The notes beneath the pieces are model-generated. The model saw only the letters and a list, made by a program, of their open reading frames with translations. It made no database searches and was not told the DNA's origin. Position numbers and translations under genes: made by a program. 64,000 bases of DNA from the human T2T-CHM13v2.0 reference genome, Homo sapiens, in assembly GCF_009914755.1 (NCBI RefSeq), contig NC_060939.1; one strand, written 5' to 3'. Positions 26,286-39,059 of this stretch are shown piece by piece; the stretch's first letter is position 1; every line of letters begins with the position of its first letter.

Positions 26286-26850
26286 CAGTAGTCCCCCTTA
26301 TCTACAACGGATACTTCCAAAACCCCTAGTAGATTTTGAAACCAAGGATAATGCCATACCTTGTGTACTATGTTTTCAATTATACATACATACTAATGAT
26401 AAAGCTTAATTTACAAATTAGGCACAGTAAGAGACAACTATAATGAATAATAACATAGACCAATTATAACTATGTGCCAGCATCACTACTCTTCCACTTT
26501 GGGGCCATTAATAAGCAAAAAAAAAAAAAAAAAAAAAAAAAGTTACTGGTTACTGAAACAGAAGCATGGTAATAACACGAGTTTATATGGTAACCAAGAT
26601 GGCTACTAAGAGATTAATGAACATATGGGTAGCTTCTACAGAGTGGATATGCTAGACAAAGGGCAGATTCACGTGCCAGGCTAAATAGAATGGGGTGGCT
26701 CAAGATTTCATCACACTACTCAGAACAATGTGGGATTCAAAATTTATGAATTATTTATTTCTAGAATTTTCCACTTAATATTTTCAGACTGCAGTTGACT
26801 TCAGGCAACTGAAACTGCAGAAAACCCAAATTTGGATAAGGGGGCCCCTA
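26286..26850 (+). mobile_element. MER44B (Tigger7 family) DNA transposon
   Basis: TIR cagtagtcccccttatc..ggataaggggg; internal aattaggcacagtaagaga; contains an A~25 run at 26517-26541. Confidence 0.85.
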
Positions 26851-29129
26851 TTCTCTCATTTACTCACTACCCAAAACAAGATATAGAACATTCCCACCAC
26901 ACTAGCAAATTCCTTTATGCTCCATCCCAGTCAATCCTCTCTTCCAGAGGCAACCACTTTCGGATTTCATTCACATAGGTGAGTTTTACCTGTTTGTCAG
27001 TTTATATAGACGGCTTCTTTTTCTTAACATATTGTTGTATGAATCAGTAATTATAACCTTTTTACTGCTGAGTAGCATTGCATTGTATGACTATGCTTCA
27101 ATTTGTTTATCGATTTTGTTGATAAAGATCTAGGTTGTTTACAGGTTTTGGCTACTATGAAAATAGCTTCTCTAAACATTCTTTCTGTTGGCTTATATTT
27201 TCATTCTTGGATAAAAACCAAGGTGTGTGCTTGGCTAAAGATATCTTCCTGGAATCTAAGAAATGTTTGGCTCTTCTAAGGTTGCAAAGCTACTTTCCTC
27301 TGCTTTCTTCTGGAAGGCTTATGTTTCTAGCTTTTATGTTTGGGTCTATAATACATTCTGAATTGATTTTTGGGTATGGCATCAGATAGGAGTCAAAGGT
27401 CTTTTTTTTTCTTCTTCACACGATTGTCTAGGATTTCCAGCATATTTTGTTAAAAAGACTTTGATTTCCTCAAAGAATATTGTGTCTGTTGAAAATCAAT
27501 GCATATTTACATGTATGTCTATTAACCTGTCCTTATTCCAGTGAAAACTGTCTTGATTACTTTAGCTTTTGAGTAATACTTGAGTTCAGATGGCGAAAAT
27601 TCTTTTAAATTCATTTTTCTTTTCAAGGTGTTTTGGATCTCATTTACATTTCCATGTAAATTTCAGAATCACTTTGTTAATTTATTCAAAAAATATTGCT
27701 GGTACTTTGTTATTTTTGCGAGAACCATAGATCAATTTGGGGAGAATGAATATTTAGCAATATAAAGTCTTCAAATCAAGAACATGATCTCTCTCTCCAT
27801 TTATTTAGATCTTTTAAAAGTTTCTTAGTGATGTTTTATGTTTTTCAAAATGGACATGATATACATCTTTTGGTAGATTATTTCTAGATATTTGATTTTT
27901 AGGGATGCCTTTATAAATGATATTTTTATAAATTTAATTTTTTGGACTAATATAAAGAAATAAAACTGATTTTTGTATCTTAATCATATAGCTAACAAAT
28001 GAGTTTAATTTGCGCATTAGTTATAGTAGCTTTGCCTCCCCCCTCCACTGTCACCCATGTATTTCTTAGGGTTTTCTATATAACTATCATATAATCTGGG
28101 AATAAGAACAGTTTTCTTTTTATTACCTTTCTAATCTGTATGCCTTTTGTTATATTTTCCTGCCTTATTACACTGACTAGAATTTTGATGAACTACAAGG
28201 TTAAGACAGTATGTGAGAACAGACAATCTTGTACCATTAGGGAGAAAGTAATCAGTGTTTTGCCTTTAAGTTTGATGTTAACCTTAAGTTTTTAATGATG
28301 CCCTTTATCAAATTGAGAAAAATCTATTTTATTTCTAGTTTACTAAGAACTTTATCATAAATATGCATTGAATTTTGTTAAATACTTTTTTGCATTTATT
28401 ATCATTTGATTTTCATCTTTATTCTGTTAATGTGATGAAATACATTAATTTTAGACTGTGAAATCAACTTTGCATTCCTGATATACATGCCATTGATTAT
28501 GGTACATATCATCTGTTTCATATATTGTTGGGTTTGGTTTAATAATATTTTGTTGAGGATTTTTGTATACAATCATGAATGATTTTTATCTGTAATTTTA
28601 TCCTCTCCCCCTTTTTTGATTTTGTTTTATAATTTTTTACTGAATTTGTAATTAAGGTTATTGTGGTTCCATACCAGTCAGGAAATATTTTTTCTTCTCT
28701 ATTTTGTAAAAAAGTTTTTATAAGCTTGGTATTATTTCCTCCTAAATGTTTGGTAGAATTCTTCATTTAAACCATAAGGGCCTCAGTTTTTTTCTGGGGC
28801 AGTGAATTTTATTTCAAATTATTTACTCTATTAGATATAGGGCTATTCAGTTTTTCTATTTCTTTCTTTGTCAGCTTTGGTAACATGTATTTCTCAAAGA
28901 ATTTCCATTTCATTTAGATTGTTGACGAGATTGACATAAAATTGTTTAAAAATCTTCTTATTTTAATAGCTATAGCCCCTATAGTGCCATTCTCTCTTTC
29001 ATTCTGAACAATGACAATTGGGTTTATTCTCTCTTGTTGTTGTTTTTTTTTTTTGGCCAGCCTTAATAGGAGCTAACATTTAAGTTGTTGTTTAGTTTCT
29101 GTATTTTTTGTTTTCTATGTCATTACTTT

Positions 29130-29547
29130 ATTTTTGTTTTATTTCTTATAGATTTAGGAAGTACAAGTGCAGTTTTTTCACTTAGATAGATCACACAATG
29201 GGGGAGCCTGGGCTTTTAGTATACCATCATCACCTGAAGAGTGTACACCGTACCCATTAAGTAATTTCTTATCCCTCACACCTCTCCCACCCTCTCCACC
29301 CTTTCAAATCTCCAATGCCTATTATTCCACACTCTATGTCTATGTGTACACATCACTTCACTCCCACTTATATGTGAGAACATGTGGTATTGACTTTCTG
29401 TTTTTGAGTTATTTTATATAAGATGATGGTCTCCAGTTCCATGCATGTTGCTACAAAAGACATGACTTCATTCTTTTTTTTTTAAATAACTGAGCGGTAT
29501 TTGATTTATATATATACCACATTATATATATTATGTATATACCACTG

Positions 29548-29585
<38 letters not shown>

Positions 29586-29710
29586 ATATTTTATTTATCC
29601 TGTTATCTGTTGATAGACACTTAGGTTATTTCCATATCTTTGCTATCGTGAAGAGTGCTTCTATAAACATATGAGTGCAGCTATCTTTTTTGATATAATA
29701 ATTATTTGTC
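29130..29710 (-). mobile_element. L1PB4-like 3' end with (CA)n
   Basis: tagatttaggaagtacaagtgcagttt..gtacccattaagtaatttct. Confidence 0.75.
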
Positions 29711-29754
29711 ATTTATTTTAAACATTTCTTCTCTAATCAGGAATTCAAATATAA

Positions 29755-30097
<343 letters not shown>

Positions 30098-30579
30098 GTA
30101 TTTTGTATTTTCATCATTATTCAGTTTATACTATTTTTAAAATTTTCATTGTGTTCTTTTTTTAATCACATGGGTTTTTAAGATGTGTATGGCTTAATAT
30201 CTTCCAAAAGTTTGAGGCTTTATGCATAGCTTACTGGTTTCTAATTTTATACTCTTGTGGTAAGAGAAATATTCTGTACAATTTCATTCTTGACAGTTTT
30301 TCAGACCTCTTTTATGACCCAACATATAATCTATTGTAGTTAAGATTTTCATGTGAATTTCAAATGGATTTATAATCTGGAGTTGTGTAGTGGAATGTTC
30401 TATAAATATTAATTTGTTCAGTTTGGTTGATAATGTTATTCAGAGTTCTTATATTCTTACCGATTCTTTTTTATTGTATTGGTCTATCAATTACTGACAG
30501 GGGTGTTGAAGTCTCCAACGATTATTATGGACTTGTCTATTTCTTCATTTAGTTTCATCAGTTTTTGGCTCATGTATTT

Positions 30580-31012
30580 TTTTAAACTCACATATTTAGT
30601 TTTGCCAAGAACATGTAAAATCTACCATTTTAGCAGTTCTCAAGTACACAATACATTATTATTAACTATAGTCAACATTTTGTACTATAGATTTCTTAAA
30701 TTCCTGTCTAATTTATACGTTATACCTTTGAACAGCATCTCCCTAACTACCCTCCCATTCCCACCCCTAGTAACTACCATTCTACGCTCTGCTTCTATGA
30801 GTTTGGCTCTTTTAGATTCCACACATAAGTGAGATTATATCTTATTTGTCTTTCTGTGCCTAGCTTATTTCAATTAATGTAATGTCCTCTAGTTTCATCT
30901 ATGTTGTCAAAAATGACAGAATTTCCTCATTTCTTAAGGTTGAATGGTCTTCCACTTTGTATATACACTACATTTGCTTTATCCAGTCATCCATTGATGG
31001 AATTTTAGTTTG
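30580..31012 (-). mobile_element. L1MA-like 3' UTR fragment nested in L1M
   Basis: aaaatctaccattttagc..tacattattattaactatagtca..tttagattccacacataagtgag; flanked by atgtatttt repeats. Confidence 0.7.
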
Positions 31013-31782
31013 ATGTATTTTGAAGCCCTGTTATTAAGTGCATATATATTTGGAATTCTTATTGCTTTTTACTGAATTGTCTCTTTTATTTTGAAAACAG
31101 TCCTCTGTATCTTTTCTTGTCAACATCTGTTTTGTCTGACAGCCACAATAGCTTTTCCACTCTTTTCTTTCAACCTGTATCTGTTGTCTATATAGTGTGC
31201 AGTGTCTTTATCTGCACAGTATAATTATAGTGTATTTTTAAAAGACAACATATAGTGGAATCTTGCTCTTTAATCCAGTCTGAAACCTCTACCTTTTCAT
31301 AAAATACATTTATAGCTAGTGTAATTCTTTATATAGTTGAGTTTAATTCTATCATCTTGGTACTTATTTTCAATTTACACTATCTGATCTACCTCTGTTC
31401 CTCTTTTTCTACCTTTGGGTTAATCGAATTTTTTTTGGAATTCCATTTTGTTTTCTTAGTTGTTGACTATTTTTATTACTTTTTAGTGTGTGCTCTAGAG
31501 AGTATAATATTTATCTTTAATTTATTACAGTCTACCTCCAACTACTACTCTGTGAACGATTTAAAAATCTTACAACAGCATATATTTATCCTTCCTCTTG
31601 TCCTTTGTGCTTTCGTTACATATGTAACTTTTTTATGTCTTATTACCCCAAATATGTTGTTGTAATTTTTCTTTAAATTGTCAAGTCTTAATTGTGTTAA
31701 ATATATACGTATAGAAATGTGACTTATGTACTATATATTATATATAAAAGTTACATATTTATGTATTAAAAAGGGTTTTTTT

Positions 31783-32435
31783 TTTGGCAAGGATATGGAG
31801 AAAAGGCAAAGTTTAAACACTGTTGGTGGGAATGTAAACCTGTTCAGTCCCTGTGGAAAGCGGTATGGAGATTTCTCAGAGAACTATCATTCCATCCAGC
31901 AATCCCACTACTGTATATTTACCCAAAGGAAAAAAAAATCATTCCACCAAAAATACACTTGCACCTACATGTTTATTGCTACACTATTCAAAATAGCAAA
32001 GTCATGAACTCAACCTAGGTGCCGATCAACTGTGGAATAGATAAAAGAAAAAAAATGGTGCCTATATAACATCGAATACTATGCAGCCAAGAAAAGATAA
32101 AATCATGTCCTTTGCAATATCATGGAGGTAGCTGGAGGCCATTATCCTAAATGAATTAATGCACAGAGAGAAAACCAAGTATCACATGTTTTCACTTGTA
32201 AGTGGGAGCTAAACAATGGGTACACACAGACATAAAGATGGAAAAAATAGACACCAGGGACTCCAAAAGTGGGGATGGAGGGAAGGGTGGAAGGGGTGAA
32301 AATCTATCCATTGGGTACTGTGTTCACTATTTGGGTGATAGGTTCAATGGAATCCCAAATCCCAGCATTATGCAATATAGTCATGCCTGCACATATATCC
32401 CCTGAATCTAAAATAAAAGAAATTAAAAAATTTAA
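31783..32435 (+). mobile_element. L1PA16-like 3' fragment
   Basis: ttggcaaggatatggagaaaagg..cccctgaatctaaaataaaag. Confidence 0.8.
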
Positions 32436-34298
32436 AAATATTTTAAATATTTACCTAGATAGTGGATAAATATTAATTTTTAATTTCTTTTCTGGTGGTC
32501 TTTATTTTTTTCATACAGATTCGGGCTTATAAGTTGTATCATTTTCTATCATACTGAAAAATTTCTATTAGAACATCTAATGGAACAGAGTTTTGAGAAG
32601 TATCCTCTCTACTTTGTCTGGAAAGTTTTTATTTTGTTTTTATTTTTGAGGTATATATTTGCTATCTACAACATTCTATTTTTTGCTTTCAGTACTTTAC
32701 AGATATATTTCATTGTCTTTTGGTCTCCTTTTTTGAGGAGAAATCAGTAATTATTCTTACTATTCTTTTCTTTTGTATGTAATGTGTCTCTTTTTTCATC
32801 GCCATTCTTCAGATACTCTCTCTATCCTTTGTTTTTTAGTAGTTTGGCTATGTTTTGCCTATAGTAGCTTTCTTTGTATTTATCCTACATAAGACTTGCT
32901 AAGTTTTTTTTTTTTTTTGACTCACAGGTTGATATATTTCATTAATTTTGAAAAATTCACAGCCATTATCTCTTCAAAATAATTCTTCTTCCTCATTCTT
33001 TTTCTGGAACTCTAACTATACATATATTATATGATTCGATGTCTTTAAATAGGTCTTGGATTTCCTGTTTAGTTTAAGATTTGTTTATTCCTTGTATTTT
33101 AGTTTGGATGATTTCTATTGTCCTGTTTTCCAGTTCACTGATCTTTTCCTCTGACGTGTCCAGTATACTCTTATGCCTATTGAATGAATTTTGCTCTTCT
33201 TATATTGCTCTAACATTTCTACTTGGTTCCTTTTTATAGTTTTATATTTCTTCTAAAACTTTCAATATCTTCCTGCATCAAGTTTTACTAGATTCTGTAA
33301 CACATTTATCATAGTTATTTTAACATTTTTGTCAGCTAAATCCAGTGTCTGGGTCATCTGTCAGCCTGTTTCTGTTGATCGTCATTTCTCCTATGCATCA
33401 CATTTTTCTACTTCTTCACATGTTGTATAATTTTTAATGTAAGGCAGTCATTTTGTCTCAAGAATAGTAGCTACCACCAGTCAATGGCATTCTCTTTCTC
33501 TATCAGGCTGCTAGGATGGGTGCTGAGTCAATCTAATCTGTAGTTGAGCTGAACATAAGCTTAGTGGTAGATTTAGTTAGATGCAGTTCACCACTGGAAT
33601 ACTTTGCAGTCAGGAGTAGCACTTTCCTTTCACCAAGTCCTGAGAAAGAAACACCATAATTTTCTCGAGATACTCCATGTTTTAAAACTCAACTCTCCAA
33701 TTTTTGAGTTACTGGGAATTACTTTTGGTTTCCAGACCTGTCCTGTTTTTCTGAACCTGAGGAAATCTCTGTCTACCCTTCTGCCCTGCTTCCAGCCTTC
33801 AGTGGGATACTACTGTCTTGAAGTCAGTGAAAGGTACAGTTAATATCCTGTGCAATTCAGGAGGAATCTCTGTCCTACTCACCCACCCCTTCCCACCTCC
33901 TGCAGCCTTTGGTATCCTCTGTCTTCTGCTTTGGTTAAGGCCTTGTTGCTGGAGAGGAGATCTCTGTCAGTTCTCTTTTTTTGCCCCCACTCTTTAGCAT
34001 ATTGTTCCCATGAACTTAGTGATGGACTCATGGAAAAGAGTTGGTGGGTGGGTACAGATTCACTCTGTGAACCTGGGCTAAAGGAGCTGGGTTCCTTGAG
34101 ATGGCAGTCTAACACACTAACCCACATTCACCTTTTGTTAAATGTGCTGGTTTCTTCTTACCTCCCTCAATGGAAGATGAGTTTCTCTTTCTACTTCTAC
34201 TGTAGTTCCCCAGCAATAAAAGCAGCCATGTGATTTACTTTTTGGAAGGACTTGTCCCTTTTAAAATTTAATTTCCTTAGGTTTTAAAAAATCATTGG

Positions 34299-34479
34299 CT
34301 ACTAAAAATACAAAATTAGCCAGGCGTGGTGGTGCATGCCTGTAATCCCAGCTACTCGAGAGGTTGAGTCAGGAGAATCACTTGAACCCAGGAGACGGAG
34401 GCTGCAGTGAGCCGAGGCCATTCCACTCCAGCCTGGACGACAAGAGTGAAAGTCTGTCTCCAAAAAAAAAAAAAAAGAA
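34299..34479 (+). mobile_element. Alu right arm (5'-truncated)
   Basis: ctactaaaaatacaaaattagccagg..poly-A. Confidence 0.9.
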
Positions 34480-34915
34480 GGTATAATTTGTACTTTTATC
34501 AGTTGTGTTTCAATTTTTAAGGTGGGGCTAATTGTGTTAGTTTTGTTGTTGCTGTAAAAAGTTACTGCAAATTTAGTGTCTTAAAACAACACACATTTAT
34601 TATTTTATAATTCTGGAGGTAGGAAGTTTGAAATGAGTTTTATGGGGCTAAAATCAAGGTGTTAGCAGGAGTTGCATTTCTTTCTGAGGCTCTAGAAGAG
34701 AATCCATTCCCCTCCCTTTCCCAGCTTCTAAAGGCTTTCTGCATTCCTAGGCTTATGGTTCCTTTCTCCATTTTCAAAGACCACTATTCCAGTTCTGTCA
34801 TCACATCTACTTCCTGACTTTGACCCGTTTCCCTTCCTTTCAGAAGAACCCTGTGATTACGTAGGGCCCACCTATATAACACAGGATAATATCTCCATTT
34901 CAAGAGCCTTAACTT

Positions 34916-35059
34916 TGGGCGCCTGTAATCCCAGCTACTCGGGCGGCTGAAGCAGAGAATTGCTTGAACCTGGGAGGCGGGGGTTGCAGTGAGCTGAGAT
35001 CGTGCCACTGCACTCCAGCCTGGGAGACAGAGTGAGACTCCGTCTGAAAAAAAAAAAAA
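34916..35059 (+). mobile_element. Alu 3' fragment
   Basis: gggcgcctgtaatcccagctactcggg..poly-A; TSD aagagccttaactt / aaaatccttaactt. Confidence 0.9.
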
Positions 35060-35097
35060 TCCTTAACTTAATCACACGTGCAATGTGCTTTCGTCAT

Positions 35098-35519
35098 TGT
35101 ATAAGTCCGTTCTCATGCTGCTATAAAGAAATACCTGAGACTGGGTAATTTATAAAAAGAGGTTCAATTGACTTACTGTTCTGCATGATGGCTGGGGAGT
35201 CCTCAGGAAACTTGCAATCATGGCAGAAGACAAAGCAGAAGCAGGCACTTTCTTCACAAGGTGGCAGGAGAGAGAGTGAGTGCCAGCAAGGGAAATGCTA
35301 GATGCTTGCAAAACCATCAGATCTCGTGAGAACTCACTCACTATAACGAGTGCAATTGAAACATATGAAATGAATTGCAACTGATTAATTGAGAACAGCA
35401 TGGGGGAAACCGCCCCCATGATCCAATCACTTCCCACCAGGTCACTCCCATGACATATGAGGACTATGGGGATTACAATTAAAAATGAGATTTGGGTGGG
35501 GCACAGCCAAACCATATTG
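35098..35519 (-). mobile_element. THE1D/MSTA-like MaLR solo LTR carrying a non-LTR insert
   Basis: tgtataagtccgttctcatgctgctataaag..gagatttgggtggggcacagccaaaccata; TSD gtcat/gtctt. Confidence 0.9.
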
Positions 35520-35784
35520 GTCTTATAAGGTCACATAATTCACAAACTTCAGAGATTAGGAGATGGACATCTTTAGAGGGGAGTATTATTCAGCCTATGG
35601 TAATGGTCTACTGCAACTTCCTATTTCTTAACAGAAATTGGATGATCAGGACATTATTTTAAAAATATTTTGTGTATATCTTTCACAAAGAAAAATCTTT
35701 TATAGGTAATGCAATAAAACAAATACTTCATCATAGTTTACAGCTAAGCATTTCTCCTTTTCCATAGTAAATCAAAGGAGAAAA

Positions 35785-35995
35785 CCTGATTTAGTAGAAA
35801 GAGCACAGGTCTTAGACACAAGACAGACTGCAGTACTAGGGCTTGGCTTTGCTGGTATTGCTGCTTACCTGTTTTGACCCTTTGTTGGTTCAAATGTGGA
35901 TTGCTATCCTTTACTGTGCTGTGATTATTACATTCAATGCCATGGATAAAGTTCTGATTACTAATAACACAACAAATTACTCAACAAATGAATGT
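35785..35995 (+). mobile_element. MIR fragment
   Basis: tagtagaaagagcacagg..gacagactg..ctcaacaaatg. Confidence 0.55.
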
Positions 35996-38074
35996 TCATT
36001 CACTTTTATTTTTTCTTTAATTTATTAAAAATTAGAAGAATGAGAATAGAAACTTAGAAGTGTAAAATGCATTAGCACCAATGTCAAAGTTGAAAATTTT
36101 CCTTTGGAATACTTTTAACTATTGTTTGTGAACTTCACCTTGTTGGAATAGGGATTTGGCTCATTGATAGGAAAACACATACAGGTTTGAAGAGCTGTAT
36201 GCCATATGATTGCATATGATGCCACAGGGATGCCAATCATATGGCATAGAGCTCTGCATCCTCCCCTCAATGCAGTTCAGCCTCAGTATACAGACATGGT
36301 GGAAATATGTCTATGCTTCATTCTTCTGACCCTTACTTGTTTCCACAGCAATGGCCCCAGAAGAAATGTCCCTGAATATAATCTTGTGTCATTGTCATCA
36401 GACTAACTTGGCAATGAATGGTTGACAGAGCAATATCAGAACCGCATATACAAATCTTCCCTTTGTGGGCAGTTTTACTCCTAATGACTACCTACCCAGC
36501 ACAATTAGTCACTTCAGTACCCTATATTTGAGAACTATTCACATGCAGTTTATAAATAGCTGGCATAGAAAAGTGCTTTTGGCTTAATAATGCCCTCTAT
36601 TTTAGATGACACTAAGTACCCTGTTATTGCTAGGAAAATAAATAATAATATACTTTATATAAAATGCAAATTCCAGTCCATTATTATAGTTCATCCTATG
36701 GGATAGGGTTGAGACAACATAACACTTAAGTAAAAGTATGAGTGGTAATTATATCTTTTAACTTGTCTCATAATTAAAACAAAACCTTTATAAAAGAGAA
36801 TTTTACAGTTAGTTTATAACATCTCTAGTATATTTTCGTTATGTCCATTTTTACATTCTGAATAAAAAATCTACATGAAAATATTGTGTAGCATCAATTT
36901 CCAAGCACAGCTGAAATTGACATGTTGCTTTTACTTCCTTCTTCCCTAAACAAAGTTCATGCATAGGAGCGAAGCACTTCCAGCCACTCATTTATCCTGA
37001 TGGGCAGGCTGCAGAACATAGATATAGCAATCCGCTTGCTGATTCTTGTTACACATTGGGAGTTATGGAATAGGTCTCAGCAGGTAGAAAGCTGTGCACC
37101 CACGCACTACAGAATGCTGTGATTACAGCAGGTAGGTGGCTCGGGTAACAGGAAACTTCAGAGAGGTGGGAGTTTGGCATAATGTGATGTGTGATTTATT
37201 GGAGTTTGTGGGGACACACACTATAATTGTATGCTTGGTGTAACGTCTGATTGTTGTGTCTTTCATACCCTCTGGAAGCCAGCCCCCCATGTAAATGATA
37301 ACCCACTGGAGCTTTTGTTGTGAGTGCAATTGAAACATATGAAATGAATAGCAACTGATTAATTGAAGCAGGCTACATTTTTGGAAAACAAATCAAAGTG
37401 ATTTGCATGAATCACATTATTTGTTACATAATACACTTTGAGGACACAAATTACCTTTTTAAAGCCTAAGACACATATATACACAGTGGAACAAACAGAA
37501 ATATAATAAACTGGGCTATAACCACATAATTCACGTTGAATACTGGATGCCAAAACTGATGTGAAACAAATGATTTTCCAATAAACGACTCAGGCAGAGC
37601 CATATCTGTTCTAAAATTTCAATTGAATATTATTTATAATACCAATAATTCTTCACGATTGTTAACCATGGGATGATGAAACAATTTGTATTACATATTA
37701 GTTTGGGGGGTTTGTGTATTCCCAAGTTGGGAACCGATTTGTAGTCATGTCCCAGATGTGATAAATAAATAGTAAGTCTGAGAGAGGTACTTAGATGGAG
37801 GAAAACTTTCAGGGCTCAATCACTTTTGTCTTTTTCTAGTCTTGAATAAAAACTGAACTAGTAAAAATAGTGTTGTCAACTTTAAAGGCAAATATCATCA
37901 TCATCATCATATCTTTCTCTGGGTTTAATGTCTATAACAGATTTTAAGAATAGTTTACTTTATTATTTTTCTTATACTTATTAACTGTATTATATATGCT
38001 ACTAAAAACCAGTCTATGCAAACACTAAAACAACTGATTTCAACCTTTATTAATAACAACTTTTAGTATTTAAT

Positions 38075-38545
38075 TATTTTTCTTAGGTGTATATTACATT
38101 TATGTATGTGTATATGTGTGGTACATATATTGTCTCAGGTGTATATTACATAAACATGAGTGAATATTCTTAGAAAAAATATTCTTACAATATATTAAAT
38201 ACACAAAAGCATATTACAAAATGGGATTGTACCAAATATGTTGACTTGTAATTTTCTTTTTTACATAACAAAAGATATCAAATATTTTTCAATGTCAACA
38301 AATATCCATCTACATCATCATGGAATACCATTTATTTAATCAAGTACTTCTCATCCTAAATTTGCTTTCACTCTAATAAATAAGGTATCAATAAACATCC
38401 ATATGCATAAATCTAAACACACTTGTTTTATAATTTTGTTGGAAGAAATTTCTGGAAGTGGAATTAGTGAATCAAAGTATATGCAGATTTTGAAAGCTTT
38501 GATTCATATTACGAAAATCACCTTTCAGTAAGCTTGTATCAGAAA
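38075..38545 (-). mobile_element. L1ME-like 3' fragment
   Basis: gaaatttctggaagtggaattagtgaatcaaagtatatgc motif. Confidence 0.55.
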
Positions 38546-39023
38546 GCAACCCCCCAATTTTCTTAAGTTTTATAACATCCAACTACAAATGTACGTATCT
38601 TCTATAGTCTTTTCCTCCAATTCTTCTCTTCCTTCTTTCCCTTTTATTCCTCTCTTCCTTTAGACAAAGAGCAAAGCACCTTAAGTGCAAAAACTTTTCT
38701 CACTTAACAGAAATTTACTTAATCAAATGATGAATTTAAATAATTTCTAATCTGTGTATTAATCTACTCCAGGAAAGAGAAGCACTCATCTTTAGAATTT
38801 TAAGTTTCCATGCTTTTATTTCTGTCCCTGCCATCTTGTTCCTGTTAGTGAGCCCATTAAGGACACTTTCTTAAGGAAAATCAATATATAGACTTTAAAT
38901 GTTATTTCATTTCTTATAAAAGGAAATGAATATACTGTAAAGCTCCTAGACCCAGGTTTTGATTACTAAATGTCTAAAGAGGGTGCCAATCATTAGTAAG
39001 TTGAGAATGAAATGACCCATAGA

Positions 39024-39052
<29 letters not shown>
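39024..39052. repeat. (TC)n microsatellite
   Basis: Directly visible. Confidence 0.95.

Positions 39053-39059
<7 letters not shown>

Larger units (their letters stand above)
34533..35599 (-). mobile_element. MLT1C-like MaLR LTR hosting an Alu fragment and a THE1D LTR
   Basis: tgtgttagttt..cttaaaacaacacacatttatt..ggggctaaaatcaaggtgt..attattcagccta. Confidence 0.8.
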
